This document shows, piece after piece, positions 12,081 through 23,299 of a DNA stretch of 49,391 nt. Within the stretch, counting starts at the first letter, position 1; every line of letters starts with the position of its first letter. The stretch is from the NCBI GenBank assembly GCA_051294375.1, contig CM119270.1:525073-574463 (forward strand). The letters are read 5' to 3'. The notes beneath the pieces were generated by a model, which was not told the DNA's origin, searched no databases, and saw nothing but the letters and a program-made list of their open reading frames with translations. The position numbers and the translations under genes are program-made. The DNA is from Paraspadella gotoi. Lineage: Eukaryota; Animalia; Chaetognatha.

Positions 12081-15000
12081 NNNNNNNNNNNNNNNNNNNN
12101 NNNNNNNNNNNNNNNNNNNNNNNNNNNNNNNNNNNNNNNNNNNNNNNNNNNNNNNNNNNNNNNNNNNNNNNNNNNNNNNNNNNNNNNNNNNNNNNNNNNN
12201 NNNNNNNNNNNNNNNNNNNNNNNNNNNNNNNNNNNNNNNNNNNNNNNNNNNNNNNNNNNNNNNNNNNNNNNNNNNNNNNNNNNNNNNNNNNNNNNNNNNN
12301 NNNNNNNNNNNNNNNNNNNNNNNNNNNNNNNNNNNNNNNNNNNNNNNNNNNNNNNNNNNNNNNNNNNNNNNNNNNNNNNNNNNNNNNNNNNNNNNNNNNN
12401 NNNNNNNNNNNNNNNNNNNNNNNNNNNNNNNNNNNNNCCTTTTTTGCGTAATGACCTAAATTTGGAGGAAGGAAGAGGAGGAAACTTGACTATACCTCGG
12501 AGGAGGAGGTGGAGGAGGAGGAAGAGGAGGAGAGATAAGCAGATGGAGAGTTGCTGAATCCATGGGGGGGAGGTAACGGTGAGAGAGAGAGAGAGAGACA
12601 GAGAGAGAGGGCAATCACCCCGAGAATACTCCCTCGGGGAGGCTCGGTTGTAGGTCTCCTCTCCCTCTTCCGCTTACCCTGTCTCTCTCTCTCTCTTTCT
12701 CTCTCTCTCTCCTTCTCTCTCTCTCTCCCTCTCTCTTCTTCTTCCTTCTCTCAACATCGCAACTCAATTAGTCAAAATTTTCCATTTGATATTTTTATGT
12801 CAAAAAAAAACCAAAAAAACCAAAAAAATGACTTTAATTTTCATAAAACATTTTTCTCAGTTTTTATATTTCAGATTTGGTTAGACTAAACTTTTAAGAA
12901 AAATTGTCTGGTAAGTTTCTTTCTTTAACTTAAAAAGTAAGTTAATTTAAACTCTTCAATCTGCTGGAGATGATAAACCTTGGGCGATGGAACATTAGGT
13001 TTTCCTCTCTCTCTCTCTCTCTCTCTCTCNNNNNNNNNNNNNNNNNNNNNNNNNNNNNNNNNNNNNNNNNNNNNNNNNNNNNNNNNNNNNNNNNNNNNNN
13101 NNNNNNNNNNNNNNNNNNNNNNNNNNNNNNNNNNNNNNNNNNNNNNNNNNNNNNNNNNNNNNNNNNNNNNNNNNNNNNNNNNNNNGGTTGAGATCTTCTA
13201 ACGATTCTGTTCCAAGAATCTTGAAATCTAAATTTTTAATAAAATCTTCTTTTCATTTAAGTTCATATTTTTTTNNNNNNNNNNNNNNNNNNNNNNNNNN
13301 NNNNNNNNNNNNNNNNNNNNNNNNNNNNNNNNNNNNNNNNNNNNNNNNNNNNNNNNNNNNNNNNNNNNNNNNNNNNNNNNNNNNNNNNNNNNNNNNNNNN
13401 NNNNNNNNNNNNNNNNNNNNNNNNNNNNNNNNNNNNNNNNNNNNNNNNNNNNNNNNNNNNNNNNNNNNNNNNNNTTTCTATTCAATTTCAATTTTGTAAA
13501 AGAAAAATTGATTTTATTTTTTTTAATCCTAACTTTAATTTAAAGTTTTTTTCCTTTCCTTTCCTCCATTTTCCTTTTTTTCTCTTTCTATTTTCCTTTC
13601 CTCTATTTTTCTCCTCCTTTTCCTTTCCTCTTTCCTATCCTCCATTTTTTCCTCCTTTTCCTTTCCTTCTTTCCTTTCCTCCATTTTTCTCCTTCTTCTC
13701 CTTTTCTTTTTCCTTTCCTTCTTTTCTTCTTTCATTTCCTCCATTTTTCTCCTTTATTTCCTTTCCTTCTTTCCTTCTTTCCTTTCCTCTAATTTCCTCC
13801 TCATTTTATTTTCTTCTCCACCTCATTTTCTTCCTCACTTTTCTCCGTCTCAATCTTCCTCTTTAAACATTCATTCTCTCCACCCTCAACCACCACAANN
13901 NNNNNNNNNNNNNNNNNNNNNNNNNNNNNNNNNNNNNNNNNNNNNNNNNNNNNNNNNNNNNNNNNNNNNNNNNNNNNNNNNNNNNNNNNNNNNNNNNNNN
14001 NNNNNNNNNNNNNNNNNNNNNNNNNNNNNNNNNNNNNNNNNNNNNNNNNNNNNNNNNNNNNNNNNNNNNNNNNNNNNNNNNNNNNNNNNNNNNNNNNNNN
14101 NNNNNNNNNNNNNNNNNNNNNNNNNNNNNNNNNNNNNNNNNNNNNNNNNNNNNNNNNNNNNNNNNNNNNNNNNNNNNNNNNNNNTTGTTGTTGTTGTTGT
14201 TGTTGTTGTTGTTATAGTCGCACTTTGTCTCATAATTATTTGAATTTTTTTTTTCGTTTCATCCTATTAATTATTTTCCTTGTTGTTGTCGTTGTTACAT
14301 TTGTTGTTGTTGTCGTTGTTGCATTTGTTTTTGTTGTCGTTGTTGCATTTGTTGTTGTTGTCATTGTTACATTTGTCGTTGTTGTCGTTGTTGCATTTGT
14401 TGTTGTTGTTGTAGTCCTTCGTTCAACATTCCCAACATTCGTCTCTCTTCTCTTTTTCTCTTTTTTTTTTTCCTTCGTCGTAATTTTTCCTTATTTTTCA
14501 TTGACGACATTTCTGTCATCGTTCATCGCCATTGGCGTCGTCGTCGTCGTCGTCGTCGTCGTCTTCGACCTCTTAATCAACGATTCTTTTCATGACGGAA
14601 AAACTGATCAAATCTCATTGAGCGACGAAAAGGATTCATTTAGAAGAATAAAAGCAATTTGCTTTATATTCTGATCCGTTTGCTCTTTTTCTCGTGTCTC
14701 ATTTGCTTCATTCAATTTTCATGTGTCGGCTCGGTCTTTTTATATTTGTTTGTTTTGTAATAATCTGTTTGTAATAATCTTTTTGTAATAATCTCTTTTG
14801 NNNNNNNNNNNNNNNNNNNNNNNNNNNNNNNNNNNNNNNNNNNNNNNNNNNNNNNNNNNNNNNNNNNNNNNNNNNNNNNNNNNNNNNNNNNNNNNNNNNN
14901 NNNNNNNNNNNNNNNNNNNNNNNNNNNNNNNNNNNNNNNNNNNNNNNNNNNNNNNNNNNNNNNNNNNNNNNNNNNNNNNNNNNNNNNNNNNNNNNNNNNN

Positions 15001-15163
15001 NNNNNNNNNNNNNNNNNNNNNNNNNNNNNNNNNNNNNNNNNNNNNNNNNNNNNNNNNNNNNNNNNNNNNNNNNNNNNNNNNNNNNNNNNNNNNNNNNNNN
15101 NNNNNNNNNNNNNNNNNNNNNNNNNNNNNNNNNNNNNNNNNNNNNNNNNNNNNNNNNNCTTGT

Positions 15164-15285
15164 TCATTTCTTCAGTCGTTCATTCGTCAGTTCATCCCAC
15201 TTTTGTCTGGAAACGAAAAGTTCTTCTTCAAATCTCGGACTNNNNNNNNNNCTAGGTCGAAGACTAACTTCCACCGACGTGTCAT
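15164..15285 (-). CDS. Candidate terminal coding exon
   Basis: Strong acceptor TTTTTTCCCTTTTTTCCAG; reads DTSVEVSLRP-(10 N)-SPRFEEELFVSRQKWDELTNERLKK*, in frame across the gap. Confidence 0.4.
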
Positions 15286-15613
15286 CTGGAAAAAAGGGAA
15301 AAAAAATTTTTTCTTCCATTTTTTTCCTTTTTCTCTTTTTTCTTTTTCTCTTTTTTCTTTTTTCTCTTTTTTCCTTTTTCTCTTTTTCCTTTTTCTCTTT
15401 TTCTTTCGTCCACAGAAGTATTTTTGTTTCGTCGATCGAAACGAGAGACGCATTGCTCGGTAACGGGAGAAGCGGATATGAAGAAAGTCCGTTTAGTTTA
15501 GTTTCGATTTAGTTTAAGTTTAGTTTAGTTTAGTTTAGCAGTAGAAAGGATAGACTGGTCAGGTGTGAAGGCGAAACGGGGAACTTAGAGAAAGATGAAA
15601 ATTTAGGGAGTTA

Positions 15614-15775
15614 ATAGAATGTGTAGAATGTGTAGAATGTAGAATGTGTAGAATGTAGAATGTGTAGAATGTGTAGAATGAAGAATGTGTAGAATGTGTA
15701 GAATGTGTAGAATGTAGAATATGTTTAATGTGTATAATATAGAATGTGTAGAATGTAGAATGTGTAGAATGTGTA
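15614..15775. repeat. (TAGAATGTG/TAGAATG)n satellite
   Basis: Mixed 9- and 7-bp tandem units. Confidence 0.9.
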
Positions 15776-16199
15776 CCAATTTCATATAAATAAAAATAAA
15801 GTTTCAAAAGTAGATTAATTAGATTTACTTCGGCTGTAAAATTTCCCGTAGTATTAATCTTAAATTTACCAGAGATTGTAAAATAAGGATTTAATGTAAA
15901 AATATGTACAATGTACATTGTACATGAAACAAAAAAAGGGAATGATTTCTTTATTTCTTTCTGTTAACCAAAAATTTGTTGACATTTTGGCCTCAATCTC
16001 TGGGTATGACGTCATCGTAACGAGTTGCTAAGCAACGATGCCTCTCAACAGGGCGTCTTCCTTTCACTCGACCCAAAAAATGTCATCTCCTAATCATTAC
16101 TGTTTATTACTAATCATTATCATTAATTTCCTATTATTGGTTAACTGACAAAGCCATCTAACTCGTAACGTAACCTCATCTTTAAGAATTATTACTTTC

Positions 16200-16513
16200 T
16201 ATCGTCGACCTCGTCTCTAACTGAATCGACCTCATCTCTAACATCGTCAACGTCGTCTCTAACATCGTCAACCTCATCTCTAACATAATCGACCTCAACT
16301 CTAACAGAATCGACCTCATCTCTAACATCGCCGACCTCATCGGTAACATTGTCGACCTCATCTAACATTGTTGACCTCATCTCTAACATCGTCAACGTTG
16401 TCTCTAACATCGTCGACCTCATCTCTAACATAATCGACCTCATCTCTAACAGAATCGGCCTCATCTCTAACATCGCCGACCTCATCTCTAACATCTTCGA
16501 CCTCATCTCTAAC
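16200..16513. repeat. 21-bp minisatellite (TCGACCTCATCTCTAACATCG), ~15 units
   Basis: Directly visible tandem units; the minus strand reads (VRDEVDD)n. Confidence 0.9.
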
Positions 16514-16577
16514 AATTATAGTTTTCGTCGTGGTCAGTTTTGTTCTGACGCTTAAAGCAAACGGGGATCTCAATTGC

Positions 16578-16886
16578 CTTCGTCGTCATCGTCGTTATCG
16601 TCGTCATTGTCATCGTTATCGTCGTCATTGTCGTCGTTGTCATCGTCGTTGTCGTTGCCTTTATCGTGATCATTGTCATTCCTGTCGTTCGTCTTCGTTA
16701 TGGTCGTTGTCGTCATCGTTGTTTGATCGTCATCATCCTCGTCGTAGTCGTCGTCGTTGTCATATTCATCATCATCGTCATCGTCGTCATATTCATCGTC
16801 GTCGTCGTCGTCGTCGTTCTCATGGTCGTCGTCATCTTCATCCTCACCATCGTCGAGGGTCGCTCCGTCGTCGTCGTCGTCGTCGC
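16578..16886. repeat. Degenerate (TCG/TCA/TTG)n trinucleotide tract
   Basis: Visible cryptic triplet repeat. Confidence 0.85.
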
Positions 16887-17210
16887 TCGGTCGTTTGGCG
16901 AATAAAATAACGGCTTTAATCACTTCAGACGAACGAAAGACATAAAAAAGGTTTTTTTTTCTTTAATGGAGGAAAGAGACGGAGAGGGGAAGAGGAGAGA
17001 GAGGGAGAGAGAGAGAGAGAGAGATGAATGAGAGGAGGGGAGGAGAGAGGGAGAAGAGGAAGAGGAGGGAAGGGAGAGAGAGCAGGGAGGAGAAAGGTAA
17101 AGTAAGTGCCATTATCTTTGCCTTATCTTTATCTTTGCCTTATCTTTACATTAAAATTCTTAATATTATTTCATAGTAACATTCTCAAATTTATAAAACA
17201 AAATATTTAA

Positions 17211-17215
17211 AGTTG
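17211..17215 (+). other. Left target-site duplication AGTTG
   Basis: Immediately precedes the 5' LTR; identical 5-mer at 22854-22858. Confidence 0.92.
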
Positions 17216-17638
17216 TGTTACGCCGTCATGACTGGACACGACCGTGGCCGTGGGACTCGCCGACGAGTTAATATCTGGTTCTGCCTCGTCCGTTTCCGCG
17301 AAGAAAAGTATCGAATGTGAAGAAGATCAATGATTTATTTTTAACGTTGGAAACGTCCAGAGAGAGAAATTCGTTGCCTCTAGAACGTTCAACGTTTTAA
17401 CATCTCGCCGTTGGGGTTTATTTTTAATTGATTTTATTCTCACGTTTTTATATTTTAATCTCGAAATTAAAGAATTAATTTCACACCTCGTTTTTATGAA
17501 ACAAACATTTTATCTCCGTTCCTCGTCGCCAAATTGTTTGTTGACAAATAAACTCGCCAACCTGTTCCAAAAACTGAACGTTATTTAAATAAGAAGCTGA
17601 AGTCAGCTAACGTGATCGAAACTACAGAGGCACAAACA
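17216..17638 (+). repeat. 5' LTR
   Basis: TGTTACGCC...GGCACAAACA; aligns with 22432-22853 with about ten differences, nearly all single-base indels; TG..CA termini; AATAAA at 17547-17552. Confidence 0.95.
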
Positions 17639-18197
17639 TTAAAAACGACGTTCAAAGAAAAATTCGATCGCGTAACGAAAATGAAAACGTTCGGCGCTTC
17701 AAAGAAATCTTTCGCCGCGAAATTCGAATCGTCGTAGCATCTTTGTCGTGTGGAGACCCCTTTAAAGTGAACAAGACTGTGAAATGGAATATCGTCGCTT
17801 CGAAAATTAATTGCGCTAAGGCCTAAAACTCGATGCCGGGAACCCATGAAACCCTCGGCAGAATTCTCAAAGAACTCTGACGCCAAAGCAAAATAAATAT
17901 TCGACGACGTCTTTCTCCTCTCTCCCTCGACGTTTCATCGATGCGCGGCGACGAGCGAGGCCAGAGAGAAGAGGATCGTCGAGATTTGCTCCGCTCCTCC
18001 TCCTCTGATTCCGTTCAAGACGTTGGCTGCACACTACAACGGCTGGAGTGCGGCGCCCGCGGTTCTGCATCTCAGCACTGCGGAGGACGTCGCCGGCATT
18101 AAGATAAGATTGAATTGATTTGAATTATAAGATTTGATAAATGAATTAAACTATAATTTGATTGTCCTTTTCTTGTTTTTCTCCTTTCCCCTGTCAG

Positions 18198-21100
18198 ATC
18201 CTCATGGCTTCAGGACATTCTTCCTTCGCCGGTCGGCTCGACTTCAGCCTGACGAGGAGCTGAAGGTCGCCCATCAGGCGCTGGCTGAGGAACTGAGTCA
18301 GGTGGAGAGTGAAGATAAACAACCTTCCTATGCGCCTCGGAGCCGGGTTGTGACCGCTCTGGGACTGCTGGACAGGACAAGTGTAACAACATGGAGTTCT
18401 GACCGAGTTAAGGCAAACCGTGATGAAGTAAGTGCGGCAAGGGCTACACTGAATGCATGGGAAAGCCTGATACAATCACGAGGATTGCCTAGAAGTCCCA
18501 ACTATGGCCCACCCCTAAGTCCTTCTTCCCTGAACCTGCCGTGGAACTTTGGATGTCCCTCCCACTCAAGATGTAGTTAAGCCTAGAGTGATAATCTCTA
18601 ATCCTGGACAGGATGATGAAGGGCAGCTGCAAAGGGAGGGGAGGTTTGATCCAGAGTCAGATTGCCCCCAAGTGGAGCCACAGGCGGGCTCAAAGCTGCC
18701 TTAGTGGGAACACTAAGGGACGGTGCCACTCACTCAAGCAGAAGTCTAGGAGTAAGAGGATGAGGCTCGGTCAGGTCTGGTTCTTCTCATGGATCAAGTA
18801 GAAGCTCTCGTTCTGTCAAATCTTTAAAGGTAGAGCTGGCAGCTTTAGAAGCTGGGCAGCAGTGGAAAGAGAAATGAGGTTAAAGAAAAAGAAAAATTGG
18901 AATTGGAGTTAGAATTGGAAGATCTGCAGAAAAGAAAGCCTTGGCTGAGACGAGAGCTAGATTGGGAATGATTGAAGCTATTGATAATGATGGAAATCTT
19001 CCCCTCCTTGCAGACCCTCCCAACCTTCAGATGAACGTGTCGCGGACTGGAGATCAAAGCACTCGTCCGTGACCGACAATGGAGATGCAGAGGATGCTGG
19101 GTCATCACGGCAACATCGGTTGACCCATCTGCTTCAGTGGTGATCATGGAGCCAACATCGGAAGCCGGTGTCTCTCCTACTGGAGCAGGGAAGATCCAAC
19201 CCAAGACTGACAACTCTGAAAAACAACAAAGGTCAGGTGTTTGCTACTCTGAACCCTTTGGCAGGGGTTTGGCTCCTAAGGAACCTATTATTAATCCCTC
19301 CCTTTGGTTCCAGTGTCGGCGCGCCTGTGGTCAGTGGAGAGTCCATCCTGCGGTCCTTCAGCAACCCATCATGACCCATCAAGATTATGCCTTGCTGCAC
19401 ATGGCTTGGCAGCAACACTCTTCAACGGAAACGTCCATCTCAGGGTGAGAAATGGCAGGGAATTCCCGCTGGGTGTGAGCCATTCTGATGGAGTTTGCAT
19501 TACATGTTGAGAGTGTAGTGGTATGTCAGGGCCATGACAAGTTTTTGAACTTTTAGAATGGACCAAAGGTGCTGCTAATCAGGCCATTCAGGAATTTAAA
19601 ATGTGTGCTGATGGTGATCAAGCACTGGAACTTGCTAAGGCAAGTTAAGAGAGCATTGGGGTTATCAAAAGTGTACTGCTCTTGATAAACTGGAAGAGTT
19701 CTTGAAGAAGGGTGAGGTGAAAGCTTCTGACCATGATGGTTTGCGCGAGCTCTGTTGGGAACTTCAAAGATGGCTAGAATCGCTGAAATCAATGGAGATT
19801 TCAAGGAATTTGATTCTATTGACGTCCTGAGAAGATCATAGAGCGCCGCGTCCCCTTCATCAGGGTATCTTGGAGAAAGTACCACCATAAGATGACAGTA
19901 AGATGGAACAAGTCTGCTGGTTTTGCTGTTTTTGTTTCCTTTCTTCAGGATCGCGTTTTGGAGATGGAATCGCCTTTTATTCAAAGGGAGCAGCTGGCTT
20001 AAGCAGCAACAAGGACAAGACTGTCTCCACTGCCAAGGTCAACGTTGTCCAGGCATCTGTGGATCCAGAATCTGAGAAATCCCAGAGGCCGGCTGGCGGA
20101 AGCCTAAGCAGCTGCAGCAGTCAGAGAAACAGCAGGAGAAGGTGCCTGAGACGTCTTCATCCTCTGGGAACACCTACTCCACTGCTGCAAGGAAGATGTT
20201 TAACTGTCAAGCATGTAAGTCTGATCATGCCATTACTTGATTGCCCACTGTTCATTTCTAAATCTTTGCCTGATCGAGTCTTTCAGCTGCGGACTACCGG
20301 AAGCTGCTTTAGATGCTTAAGACGTGGACACATGAGAAAAGATTGCCAGGCAAAAGATATTTGTAGCACCTGTAAATCGGACAACATCATACTTTGCTCC
20401 ATCGAGATGATGCTCCACCAGCACAAGTCTCCAGTGCAACAAGCTCAGGTGCATCATCCCCAGCCTACCGTCCCATTGTTGCGATTCGCGCTAAGGTCCA
20501 GACAAGGTGACAGAAGTTTATGCTTGTTGGATTCTGGCAGCAATCGAACTTTGTGTTCAAGGAGGTTGGTAGAGGAGTTGGGCTTGAAGACAAGCTCTGT
20601 AGAGATGCAGGTGGCCACTCTTGACACCACCAAAAAGGTGAGAGAGATCAGGTCGATTTTATTTTGGAATCTATTGATGGCTCATACATGGAGGCTGTGG
20701 AATCCGTGGTTGTAGCAGACATGCCTGTTAGCCATGATGCCCAGACTCTTAAGAAACTCAGAAATTGTTAAGTACCCGCATCTCAATGGAGTGACACTTC
20801 ATGAGTTTAGACAGAAATGAAATTGATGTTATTATTGTGTGCTGATCTCTGGCACACCTACTATGGTAAAGTTGAAAATGTCACTGGTTTGGGAAGCTTG
20901 CCTTCTGAGTCAGGAGTCTTGAGGCCCAACCAGTCTGATATAGAAGACACTGAAGATGATTATCAGTCAGCAGGCTGCTCCGATAAGCCTATCTGAGGAG
21001 TTTGAACCCTGCAGATCGATGCCGATCTGTAGTGAACCTCCAAAAAGGTGGCAAGTCTGGATTGACAGCTATGTGGCACACTTTGGGGCTGGACTGTGAC

Positions 21101-21473
21101 CGAGAAGAAAAGCCTTCCAGGACCAGTTCTGTCTGCTTTGATTTCCCTGAATCCATCTTCTACTGTAAAGAAGGTTGAACTTGTCAAAAGAAAAAGCGAT
21201 GATTTAGCCCCGTCAGTAGATTTGCAGCAAAACTCTTTCAAAGGTGCTGCTCCGCCTGTTCCAGAGCTGGAATCTGCTGATGGAGGGGGCTCCGCCTTGA
21301 AGCATGACCCAAAAAGAAAGCAAAGGTCACGTGGGCGATGTAATGCCAAAAGAAGACGTAAGAATAGAACTGAAATCATGAATAACAGACCGACTGACCT
21401 TGTTGACAGTCAGACAAATTGTAAATGTCGGAACCTGACAAAGAAACCTGCTGGTAAAAAGATTCAAGCGTGA
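18198..21473 (+). pseudogene. gag: Frameshifted BEL/Pao gag-protease polyprotein (frameshifts may be sequencing errors); outer boundaries approximate
   Basis: Across frameshifts: EWTKGAANQAIQEF (~19555, Gag core-like); CQACKSDHAIT-DC, CFRCLRRGHMRKDC and CSTCK-GQHHTLLH (20200-20400, three knuckles); CLLDSGSNRT (20521-20550, aspartic protease); KYPHLNGVTLHE and IDVII-ADL (20770-20850, as usually found after the BEL protease active site). Confidence 0.85.
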
Positions 21474-22422
21474 AAGGAGCACCTGCCGCTGATCAGCAGA
21501 AGGAGGGGAGAGCCTTCAACAAGGTTCCCCTGACGGCGCGGAGATTTTCTTCCCCTCCCTCATCCAAAAATTTTCTGCGACGTAAGAGACACTGGCGACG
21601 CCGCCGTCGAAAAAAAGTAAGGATTTTGGTTTAATTTTGTAAAATTCTAATTATGAACCCGGAATTGTTTCACGAAATCGAATTACGATTTTGGATTTGA
21701 TTATGATTTGAAAATTTTGAACAAGAAATAAGACGTGAGCGAGATCCTCGCCGCGGAATTAATTTGTATTTTACACTTTTGCACATTAAAGTATAGTAAA
21801 TTGCCCTCTCTGAATTAATTTGCATGGAGAAAATCGTTCTCCCTTCTCAAATTTTTTTTGTTGACGCGTCGTCCGACGCGAAAGATCTGAAGATTCTTTT
21901 CCCTTTTACGGAGGGGGAAAAGTTTTATTTGTTAAGAGATTAAGAATCTGCATGCTTCTTTGTTTATTAATTTATTTCGTTTTTTGAGTCGTATTAACCG
22001 TGCTTAATTTACCTTTAACCATTTACAGGTGCCAGGTTGATTCCTTTCTCTCTTTTGAATATTTGCTAATTCTTTTTTTAGGACAGGTAAGGTTTGGTTT
22101 GGGTCGTAAGATTTGTTTTAGTTATGATTATTTCTTGCGTGCACTTAATTCTTACTAAGACGCGTTTTAGAACGCGGAAAACCGAATTGTTAAGCGATGT
22201 GACTCCGCTAAATTTATTTCAAATTCGAATTTTAGTATTAGTTTGGCGACGATTTTATTTTTGATTGAACCTTACTTGAATTTTAAGGCATTTTATTTAG
22301 TTCTAATTAGACTAGAATTAAATTTTATGTAGAATTGGTTTAACGATTTCTTCTTTTTCCTTTCCTTGACAAACCTTCCCCTTCCAGGAAAACCGGAATG
22401 ACCCTGCGGCCCGTGTGGTCGT

Positions 22423-22431
22423 GGGAGGGGG
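22423..22431 (+). promoter_or_regulatory. Polypurine tract (plus-strand primer)
   Basis: GGGAGGGGG directly abutting the TG of the 3' LTR. Confidence 0.8.
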
Positions 22432-22853
22432 TGTTACGCCGGTCATGACTCGACACGACCGTGGCCGTGGGACTCGCCGACGAGTTAATATCTGGGTTCT
22501 GCCTCGTCCGTTTCCCGCGAAGAAAAGTATCGAATTGAAGAAGATCATGATTATTTTTAACGTTGGAAACGTCCAGAGAGAGAAATTCGTTGCCTCTAGA
22601 ACGTTCAACGTTTTTAACATCTCGCCGTTGGGGTTTATTTTTAATTGATTTTATTCTCACGTTTTTATATTTTAATCTCGAAATTAAAGAATTAATTTCA
22701 CACCTCGTTTTTATGAAACAAACATTTTATCTCCGTTCCTCGTCGCCAAATTGTTTGTTGACAAATAAACTCGCCAACCTGTTCCAAAAACTGAACGTTA
22801 TTAAATAAGAACTGAAGTCAGCTAACGTGATCGAAACTACAGAGGCACAAACA
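22432..22853 (+). repeat. 3' LTR
   Basis: Second copy of the 17216-17638 repeat with the same termini; AATAAA at 22764-22769. Confidence 0.95.
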
Positions 22854-22858
22854 AGTTG
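22854..22858 (+). other. Right target-site duplication AGTTG
   Basis: Immediately follows the 3' LTR; identical to 17211-17215. Confidence 0.92.
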
Positions 22859-23252
22859 AAATTATGATAGTTTAGAATTTGTTAATTTAGAATTAGTGAT
22901 AATTTTATTTCCCTCTTGCTTTATTTACTTTTTTCTTTTTTTCTTTTTTTTTTCTTTTTCTTTTCTCTTTTTTCTTTTTTCCTTTTTTCTTTTTTTCTTT
23001 TTTTCTTTTTTTCTTTTTTCTTTTTTTCCCATCAGAAGTTGAAATTTTTGATGGTAATGAAAATGGACCAGAATAAAGCAGAATGGAGCAAAATGGGTCG
23101 AAATTGTCTAAATGGGTTTCGAGGCAGAATTTTCCTGATGAATGAAGATCGTCGTTGCTTTTTTAAGAAAAGACGACGACGACGATGACGACGACGACGA
23201 CGATGGACGACGATGAACGACGACGACCGAAATTAAACCAGGCTTAGACTTA

Positions 23253-23299
<47 letters not shown>

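Larger units (their letters stand above)
2250..14800. repeat. Inverted duplication: ~2250-4445 versus ~12570-14800
   Basis: For example 3720-3812 is the reverse complement of 13186-13274, and 2250-2880 of 14185-14800. Confidence 0.85.
17216..22853 (+). mobile_element. BEL/Pao-superfamily LTR retrotransposon, apparently non-autonomous (Gag + protease, no recognisable RT/RH/IN)
   Basis: Two ~420-bp direct repeats starting TGTTA and ending AAACA; identical 5-bp flanks AGTTG; purine tract before the 3' LTR; internal triple Cys/His knuckles and a DSG protease motif typical of BEL/Pao. Confidence 0.92.

Noticed and set aside
16200-16513. CRISPR-like regular repeats (also 25300-25630)
   Set aside because: Head-to-tail units without unique spacers, no cas genes, eukaryotic context.
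16570-16923. Asp-rich acidic protein ORF
   Set aside because: Triplet repeat open in several frames, with no ATG start or splice support.
20870-22430. RT, RNase H, integrase or env in the LTR element
   Set aside because: No YxDD, HHCC or DDE context seen, and the space is insufficient; an HMM search is needed to exclude small remnants.
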